DNA from: Lachnospiraceae bacterium
GTDB taxonomy: Bacteria > Bacillota > Clostridia > Lachnospirales > Lachnospiraceae
Reading direction: 5' to 3'
DNA: 64,000 bases
Assembly (NCBI GenBank): GCA_015057425.1
Contig: SVEL01000011.1
Span: 5,518 to 69,517, forward strand
This document shows, in pieces, positions 57,268 to 64,000 of the stretch. The notes under the pieces were generated by a model that did no database searches, was not told the DNA's origin, and worked only from the letters and a program-made list of their open reading frames with translations. A program made the position numbers and the translations under genes. Position 1 is the first letter of the stretch. Each line of letters begins with the position of its first letter.

Positions 57268-58797
57268 ATGGCAAAGAACATGAAGAAGTTATTAGCATTA
57301 CTTCTCGTTGTTGCACTCGCTGCTACATGCTTCACAGCTTGTTCAGGCGATGGAAAGAAAAAAGTTAACATCCGTGATATTTACACAGATGTTGATATTA
57401 ATCTCAGTTATGCATTCTGGGAAGATGGTGACATCTTCGAGAAAATTTATCAGGATTGGCTTGCAAAATATCCTAACATCACAATTGATCCTGTAGAATT
57501 CCCAACAGGAACATTTACAGAATCATTAAAGGCATTATTCGCAGCTAACGATGCACCAGATATCTTCGGTATCATCGGCGGACCTGACTTCGCAATTGAA
57601 AATGGTATGTTATTGGATATGACATTACTTTGGGAAAACGATGATGATGCTAAGAAGGTAATCAGAGGTATCAACGATTTCAGAATCGGTTACTTCTCAA
57701 CAGATTACAAGTGGGCAACACCTATTAAATTCTACCCAGCAGCAGCTTTCATTAACAAGAATCTTATTATTGAAGATCTTAACATGGAAATGCCAGATCC
57801 AGATTGGACATGGGAAGATTATGAAGAATTCATCACAGACGTATCAGACGGTAAGAAAGTTGACGGATACAAAGTATTCGGTACAACAGGTGATGGCGGT
57901 TGCTTAACAGTTACATGGTACCCAATTATGTCAGACGGTGAATGTATCGGTGAGTTCGGTTGGACAGAAAAAGACGGTGGTTCTTACGATATGGAAAACT
58001 GGGCAGTAGGTATGAACCTTCAGGCACAGTGGGCTAAAGATGGTATCTACTATGAACAGGGTAACGCAGACTATAGAACAGAAACATACGGTAGTGCTGA
58101 TATCTATCCACAGGATCAGGGTCACGTAGCAGTTGAATGTTGCTGGTGGTATACATTCGCTAGATACTTTGATAATGATCAGGGTGAACAGAAGATGTTA
58201 GAGAACGGTGTTGTATATGTTCCATATATGCAGCCACATCTTGAATCAGTAGCTAAAGAAGACTATACATACATCGCAACAATGGATATCGGTGGTATCA
58301 ACTCAAGCTGTGGCGAATATGCTGTAGAAGCATATGAAGCTCTTAAGTACTTCACATGGGGTGCTGAAGGTTGGAAAGCTAAACTTAAATACTACCCAGA
58401 GATGCTTGAAGATGGTGTAGATTACGGTGTAGCTGGTGCTAAGTACGGTTCAAACTTCCCTATCAACTTAGATGATGAAGTTTGGGAAGCTTACAGAGCA
58501 CTTTGGGCTGGCGCTGATGATCCATACGGCAGAGGCGAATACTTCGATGATTTCTTCGACAGAGTAAAAGCAGCTAGATGGACATGTCTTGGTGCACCAC
58601 AGATTCCAGGTTTCGAAACATGGTTAAATGACTTCTACTTCTTAGAAGACTTTGAAGGTTCAGGCCAGTATGCTGGTATTGAAGCTGCAGTTCTTCAGGG
58701 TGGTGTAGATGCATCTGCTCATTATCAGGAACTTCAGGAAGCTGGTAACGCATACTTCGAAGAAAAGATTGGTGAAATCGAAGTAATGTTACAGTAA
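57268..58797 (+). CDS. extracellular solute-binding lipoprotein (sugar ABC)
   Basis: 509 aa. Lipobox LAATCFTAC. Confidence 0.85.
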   Translation: MAKNMKKLLALLLVVALAATCFTACSGDGKKKVNIRDIYTDVDINLSYAFWEDGDIFEKIYQDWLAKYPNITIDPVEFPTGTFTESLKALFAANDAPDIFGIIGGPDFAIENGMLLDMTLLWENDDDAKKVIRGINDFRIGYFSTDYKWATPIKFYPAAAFINKNLIIEDLNMEMPDPDWTWEDYEEFITDVSDGKKVDGYKVFGTTGDGGCLTVTWYPIMSDGECIGEFGWTEKDGGSYDMENWAVGMNLQAQWAKDGIYYEQGNADYRTETYGSADIYPQDQGHVAVECCWWYTFARYFDNDQGEQKMLENGVVYVPYMQPHLESVAKEDYTYIATMDIGGINSSCGEYAVEAYEALKYFTWGAEGWKAKLKYYPEMLEDGVDYGVAGAKYGSNFPINLDDEVWEAYRALWAGADDPYGRGEYFDDFFDRVKAARWTCLGAPQIPGFETWLNDFYFLEDFEGSGQYAGIEAAVLQGGVDASAHYQELQEAGNAYFEEKIGEIEVMLQ

Positions 58798-58828
58798 TTT
58801 TAAATTAAATAGTTTTTTATTATCCCTT

Positions 58829-58857
58829 CCCCGTGGCTCTTTGGCCACGGGGTTTTT
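58829..58857 (+). terminator. rho-independent terminator
   Basis: The ccccgtggc / gccacgggg stem followed by TTTTT. Confidence 0.8.
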
Positions 58858-58970
58858 CATGTGTTGAAAAATTACATTAAATCAATGAAAAGTACACTGT
58901 TTATACATATAAATGTATGGTATACTTTAATTAGCTTTAAACGACAAAATTTGTAGAAAGGAAAGACTTT

Positions 58971-61067
58971 ATGGCAATTGAAAAAATATCAGATATAAGA
59001 GTCGGAGATATGATTCTTAGATATGAACAGGAAAAGGATTTTGCAACAGCAGGTTTCTCAGTTATTCCTGCGGATTTGGGTATTGAGGATAAGAGAAAAT
59101 TTTATAGGATTAATTCTCTTGTACAGGTTAAACTTGTGGGAGATGTGTATCCAAATGCATACGGACACGGCTCATCCATGAGAAACAGCGAATCAGCTAA
59201 CAGACTTGATTATAAGAGACAGGAAGTTATAGAAACAGAGGATAAAAAGGAAGTTATTACTTATCTTGAAGATGCAAGGGGATATAGTGCAAAGCATATA
59301 GTTACATACTATGATGGTGATTTAAGCTTTGAAATGCACAATGAATACACCAATAATTCAGACAAGCCTATAACTATGGAAATGATTTCAAGCTTTGAAC
59401 TTGGTAACATAACACCTTTTGTAGAAGGTGACGCACCGGACACATTACTTGTGCACAGACTCAGAAGTAAATGGAGTCACGAAGGAAGATTACATACAGA
59501 GACGGTAGAGGATTTACAGCTTGAGCCATCATGGTCGACATGGTCAGTTTCATCAGAACGTTTTGGACAGCTGGGTTCAATGCCTGTTAAAAAATTCTTC
59601 CCATTTGTGGGCATAGAAGATACGAAGAATAATATTCTTTGGGGAGCACAGCTTGCACATGAAGCATCATGGCAGATGGAAGTATATCGTCAGGATGATG
59701 GCCTTCATATTTCCGGAGGTCTTGCAGACAGAGAGTTTGGTCATTGGACCAAGGTTCTTAAACCGGGTGAAACTATAGTTACACCAAAGGCAATCGTTAC
59801 AACCTGCAAGGGTGACATAGAGGTTCTTACACAGCGACTTACTCAGGCCGGACAGAAGTATGTTAACAAAGCTCCGGAATCAGAACAGACTCTTCCTATT
59901 ATTTTCAATGAATATTGTACAACATGGGGTTGTCCTTCACATGAAAATATAAGTGGCATTGTAAATGCCATTAAGGATAAAGGATTTGATTATTTTGTAA
60001 TTGACTGTGGATGGTTTAAAGAAGATGGTATACCTTGGGACATCAGTATGGGTGATTATAATATATCATCTACATTGTTCCCTGATGGTCTTGATAAGAC
60101 AGTTAAGATGATAAATGATAACGGAATGAAAGCAGGTATCTGGTTCGAAATAGACAATATCGGAAGCGCAGCTAAGTCATTCCACAATACAGAGCATCAG
60201 CTTAAAAGAGATGGTGTTCCGATTACTACATACAGCAGAAGATTTTGGGATATGACAGACCCTTGGGTGGAAGAATATCTTACGGAAAAAGTCATCGGAA
60301 CATTGAAGAAATATGGCTTTGAATATATGAAAATGGATTACAACGATACTATTGGTATCGGATGTGATGACGAAGATTCATTAGGCGAAGGTTTAAGAAA
60401 GAATATGGATGCTTCTGTTGAATTTGTGAGAAAAGTAGCACGTGAAGTTCCGGGTATTATACTTGAAAATTGTTCATCAGGTGGTCATAAACTTGAACCT
60501 CTTATGATGAGTATATGTTCAATGGCATCTTTCTCAGATGCACATGAATGTCCTGAAATACCTATTATTGCAGCAAATCTTCATAGAGCGATACTTCCGA
60601 GACAGAGTCAGATATGGGCAGTTATAAGAAAGAAAGATTCGCTTAAGAGAATCGCTTATTCTGTAGCCAATACATTCCTTGGAAGAATGTGTCTGTCAGG
60701 AGATGTTACAGAGCTTACAGATGCACAGTGGAAGGTAATTGATGATGGTATTGCATTCTACAAGAGAATTGCACCTATCATTAAAGATGGATTTACATAC
60801 AGATATGGCAGCCATATTACAAGTGAGAGACATCCGCAGGGATGGCAGGGCGTAGTACGAGTAGGTGAAAATGGAGAAGCATTTGTACTTGTTCATACAT
60901 TTAACGGAGAAATGCCTGATGAAATGACCATGGAATTACCTGAAGGTTGCGCATGCAACATAGCTGAAAAGTATTCAGATAGCGATTTTGATGTAAAACT
61001 TGACGGAAGAATGATTACATTTAAGTCAAAAGAAAATATGAAAGCTATGGCAGTTCTTTTGGCATAA
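58971..61067 (+). CDS. GH36 alpha-galactosidase, cytoplasmic
   Basis: 698 aa. Motifs FVIDCGWF, YMKMDYN and ENCSSGGHK typical of GH36 melibiases. No signal peptide. Confidence 0.85.
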   Translation: MAIEKISDIRVGDMILRYEQEKDFATAGFSVIPADLGIEDKRKFYRINSLVQVKLVGDVYPNAYGHGSSMRNSESANRLDYKRQEVIETEDKKEVITYLEDARGYSAKHIVTYYDGDLSFEMHNEYTNNSDKPITMEMISSFELGNITPFVEGDAPDTLLVHRLRSKWSHEGRLHTETVEDLQLEPSWSTWSVSSERFGQLGSMPVKKFFPFVGIEDTKNNILWGAQLAHEASWQMEVYRQDDGLHISGGLADREFGHWTKVLKPGETIVTPKAIVTTCKGDIEVLTQRLTQAGQKYVNKAPESEQTLPIIFNEYCTTWGCPSHENISGIVNAIKDKGFDYFVIDCGWFKEDGIPWDISMGDYNISSTLFPDGLDKTVKMINDNGMKAGIWFEIDNIGSAAKSFHNTEHQLKRDGVPITTYSRRFWDMTDPWVEEYLTEKVIGTLKKYGFEYMKMDYNDTIGIGCDDEDSLGEGLRKNMDASVEFVRKVAREVPGIILENCSSGGHKLEPLMMSICSMASFSDAHECPEIPIIAANLHRAILPRQSQIWAVIRKKDSLKRIAYSVANTFLGRMCLSGDVTELTDAQWKVIDDGIAFYKRIAPIIKDGFTYRYGSHITSERHPQGWQGVVRVGENGEAFVLVHTFNGEMPDEMTMELPEGCACNIAEKYSDSDFDVKLDGRMITFKSKENMKAMAVLLA

Positions 61068-61264
61068 AATCTAAAATAAAATACGATATAAAAATTAACC
61101 GGACGACTGAACCGTCTTATAAAAAAGACAGTACAGATTCGTTCGGTTAATTTATTATAAAAAATATTAAAAAAAAATAAACTCCATATGGACTATATAA
61201 AAATTATATGCTATTATAATATTGAGGTTTGCTATGAGCAAAACATATATAGGAGGAAATTGAA

Positions 61265-62788
61265 ATGAAAAAAGGAATTAAGAAACTGCTGTGTCTTATG
61301 CTTGTTGTAGCTATGGCGTCTACGGTTTTTACAGCTTGTTCAAGTGGTTCAAAGGGACCAAGAGTTGAACTTAAGCCTATGACGGAAGATGTTATTACAC
61401 TTACATATGCTTTCTGGGAAGATAAGGCTATAGTTGATTTAATTATGGAAGATTGGAATGCGTTATATCCGAATATTACGATTAATGCTGTTGAGTACAC
61501 GCCAAGTACTTTCAATGAAAATCTTAAGGCATTATTTGCTGCAAATGATGCACCTGACGTATTTGGTATAGTTGGTTCTATCGACTTTGCTATTGAGAAT
61601 GGTATGCTCCTTGATATGACAGGTCTTTGGGAACTTGATCCGGATGCAAAGGATGGAAAGATTTTAAAAGGAATTAACGATTTTGAGATTGGTTATTTCG
61701 GTACAGACTGTAAGTGGGCAACACCTATTAAATTCTACCCACATACAGCGCTTATTAACAAATATATGGTAGAAAATACAGCTAATAAGGAGATGCCGGA
61801 TACAGACTGGACATGGGATGAATATGAAGAGTTCGTTGAAAGTTTCCAGGGTATGAAGGATGACCGAGGATATAACCTTTATGGTATGAATGCCGCAGAT
61901 GGTACATCTCCTATTACATGGTATCCGATTGCTGCAGATGGAAATTGTATCGGTGAATTTGGTTGGACCGAATCAGAAGATGCAGAAGGCGGATGCTTCG
62001 ATATGGAAAACTGGGCATATGGTGTTACTCTTTACTATGATTGGATTGAGGAAGGCGTAATAGCATTACAGGATGAAGAAACAAGAAATAATCTCTGGGA
62101 AGGTTCTTATCCACAGGATATAGGTCTTGTTGCAGTTCGTAATGAAGCTTGGAATGGATTTGTAAGATACTTTGATAATGATGAACAGCCTATGTTAAAT
62201 AACAATGCCATCTTTGTTCCATATATTATGCCACATGTTGAAACAGTAGCAAAAGAAGATTATACATATATCGGCATTCTTGATATGGGTGGCATCAACT
62301 CAACACAGATTGAATACGGACGTGAAGCATATGAAGTGCTTAAGTTCTTTGCATGGGGTGCAGAAGGATGGAAAGCAAAGTTAAAATATTATCCTGATAT
62401 GACTGCAGATGAAACATACAGTGTAATGGGTGCTAAGACAGCAGATAACTTCCCAATCTGCCTTGATGATGAAGTATGGGAAGCATTTACAGATATTTAT
62501 GCTAACTGGAAAGGTGACCCATATGGAAGAGGCGATTACTTTAAAGATTTCTTTGCAAAAGTAAAAGCTGCAAGATGGACATGTCTTGGTTCACCACAGA
62601 TTCCTGGATTTGGTACATGGCTTGAAGAATTCTACTGGGGCGAAGAATTTGTTCCGGGATATTATGGAATTGAAACAGCAGTAGCAGCAGGAGCAGCTGA
62701 TCCATATGCATATTATGAACAGCTTGAAAAACGCGGTAATGAACTTAATCAGGAAAAGATTGATGAAATAAACGCAATGCTTAAGTAA
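61265..62788 (+). CDS. extracellular solute-binding lipoprotein, paralog of 57268-58797
   Basis: 507 aa. Lipobox STVFTAC. Long collinear identical stretches with the other SBP (LKALFAANDAPD, KWATPIKFYP, WGAEGWKAKLKYYP, KAARWTCLG.PQIPGF). Confidence 0.85.
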   Translation: MKKGIKKLLCLMLVVAMASTVFTACSSGSKGPRVELKPMTEDVITLTYAFWEDKAIVDLIMEDWNALYPNITINAVEYTPSTFNENLKALFAANDAPDVFGIVGSIDFAIENGMLLDMTGLWELDPDAKDGKILKGINDFEIGYFGTDCKWATPIKFYPHTALINKYMVENTANKEMPDTDWTWDEYEEFVESFQGMKDDRGYNLYGMNAADGTSPITWYPIAADGNCIGEFGWTESEDAEGGCFDMENWAYGVTLYYDWIEEGVIALQDEETRNNLWEGSYPQDIGLVAVRNEAWNGFVRYFDNDEQPMLNNNAIFVPYIMPHVETVAKEDYTYIGILDMGGINSTQIEYGREAYEVLKFFAWGAEGWKAKLKYYPDMTADETYSVMGAKTADNFPICLDDEVWEAFTDIYANWKGDPYGRGDYFKDFFAKVKAARWTCLGSPQIPGFGTWLEEFYWGEEFVPGYYGIETAVAAGAADPYAYYEQLEKRGNELNQEKIDEINAMLK

Positions 62789-62826
62789 TTATAGTAAGTA
62801 TAATGAAATATAATAAACTATAACAT

Positions 62827-62855
62827 AAAAGGACATCATAAAGATGTCCTTTTTA
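62827..62855. terminator. bidirectional terminator between convergent genes
   Basis: The aaggacatc / gatgtcctt stem with flanking A and T runs. Confidence 0.75.
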
Positions 62856-62873
62856 GTATGGTTAATATAATTA

Positions 62874-64000
62874 TTAGTTTAAAAAGTATTCTGCAAGAAT
62901 AGCTATAAGCTTTTTATTGTCCTTCCATATGTTGTGGAACTGTGCAATCGGAAGCGGACAAGGAGTATCGCCGGTTTCTACTGTAAATGCCGGTATTTTA
63001 AGTTCTTGGATAAACCAGTCTGTATCATAACCATTAGTATATTCAAATGTATGGTCCATATTGTAATCTGTAATTTCTGCAAGCATTGTTGCTATTTCTT
63101 TGCATTTAATATGTAATTCATCATCTGCATCTGAATCCCAGTAAATATCTTCACCATTTGAGTGATATGCTATAGAACATACGAGGCCGGTCATAGAGTT
63201 TGCTAAGTCATATATGGCAATAGCTTCATTTTCGCTTAAGGCTTTCTTACCCGGATAATTCTGATATCCCGGTGAACCGGTCATAAGTTTGTTTCTAAAT
63301 CCTACCGGAAACTGCTTATTTATATCAATGCCGTTGGCGTTTGCTTTCCATAATGTATGGTCTCCGCCACCGAGAATTCTCTCAAAATCTTCCCTAACAG
63401 ATTCTGTTTTAAGTCCTTTGGCACCAAACTGTGCTATAGTCATACCATCAGGATTAGCACAAGGGACATAATAAATAGCTACATTATCAAAGATATCAGC
63501 ATAAGTAAGTTCCTTTGTCTTATCATACCAATAATAATAGTTGTCCAAATAATATTCAATCTGACTCATGATAAGCATTGTATTCATATATTCTCTGGCA
63601 TGCATTGTACCGTGAACAAGAATCTTTTTCTCGGCATCAGGATTGCCGAGAATAGCTTTGTATATGTCTCTGCCGTCAATAGTAGTTCCGATGGTTGATA
63701 CGGAAAGCTTGTCAGGATACTTGGTTTGAAGCTCATTTAAATCTTCGACCATATGCTCGTAAGTATATAAAGCATTTGACTGGTCTACAATATTTGATGA
63801 GACCAGTTCGTCATCAGAAAGTTCCTGTAAAAATGCTATTGCTTCTGCGGTAAATTCTTCGTCGTTTCTAAGATAATCAGCGGATATATATGCATATCCG
63901 TTTGGACTGTCCTTGTAGACTACTTTTGCCCAGCCGTTAGAGATGCTTTCAACAACTACGTAGTAGTATTTGTGGAGTAATCCATACTTATCACTGTTTG
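62874..64000 (-). CDS. M14-family zinc carboxypeptidase (gamma-D-glutamyl-meso-DAP peptidase-like) with upstream SH3-like domain; 5' end runs off the window
   Basis: The ORF track starts at Met 63752. I translated the same frame up to 64000 and found no stop (…GWAKVVYKDSPNGYAYISADYL…, SH3-like). Zinc motif HGTMHAREY. Confidence 0.8.
   Translation of the reverse strand, partial: NSDKYGLLHKYYYVVVESISNGWAKVVYKDSPNGYAYISADYLRNDEEFTAEAIAFLQELSDDELVSSNIVDQSNALYTYEHMVEDLNELQTKYPDKLSVSTIGTTIDGRDIYKAILGNPDAEKKILVHGTMHAREYMNTMLIMSQIEYYLDNYYYWYDKTKELTYADIFDNVAIYYVPCANPDGMTIAQFGAKGLKTESVREDFERILGGGDHTLWKANANGIDINKQFPVGFRNKLMTGSPGYQNYPGKKALSENEAIAIYDLANSMTGLVCSIAYHSNGEDIYWDSDADDELHIKCKEIATMLAEITDYNMDHTFEYTNGYDTDWFIQELKIPAFTVETGDTPCPLPIAQFHNIWKDNKKLIAILAEYFLN

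Noticed and set aside
61068-61264. A terminator or regulatory hairpin after the GH36 gene (attaaccggacg ... cgttcggttaat).
   Set aside because: The arms are ~30 nt apart with internal structure and no clean U run. I cannot tell whether it is a terminator or an incidental repeat.

Overview
Low-GC Firmicutes chromosome, with gene content and style that look like Clostridia/Lachnospiraceae. About 45 genes are supported.

Housekeeping blocks:
- purE-purM-purN-purD, and a separate single-chain purL.
- clpC-(137 aa ORF)-radA, followed by tRNA-Trp.
- Mrp/ApbC, DegV and a metal ABC ATPase/permease pair.

Accessory blocks:
- A dockerin-like cell-wall hydrolase next to a cohesin-like membrane protein.
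- A YdjG/YdjH/YdjI-like zinc-ribbon/TPM/SPFH triad.
- A RhaD-RhaM fusion next to two GH43 genes.
- A radical-SAM/TIGR03915-like pair plus an XPD/DinG-like nuclease-helicase, behind a LexA-type box.
- An 18 kb glycan-uptake locus at 44.7-62.8 kb: three solute-binding proteins, two permease pairs, an NHL-Yip1 protein, a 900 aa unknown secreted protein and a GH36 alpha-galactosidase. It has no ATPase and no regulator.

The most unusual region is 34.0-44.6 kb. A large serine recombinase sits beside six secreted LamG/lectin-like surface-protein genes. Four of these are built as cassettes with a conserved leader and signal peptide, an unrelated core, and a conserved ETGD-TM-RKR tail. They lie inside a 5.7 kb segment bounded by 1.35 kb inverted repeats, each carrying an Rpn-type nuclease gene. 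All homology breakpoints fall on one 5 bp CCTAA core. A dyad-symmetric copy of that core overlaps the recombinase promoter. Only one of the four cassette genes has a consensus promoter.

I interpret this as a candidate multi-site DNA-inversion (shufflon-like) system for surface-lectin variation. That reading is inference from sequence architecture only.
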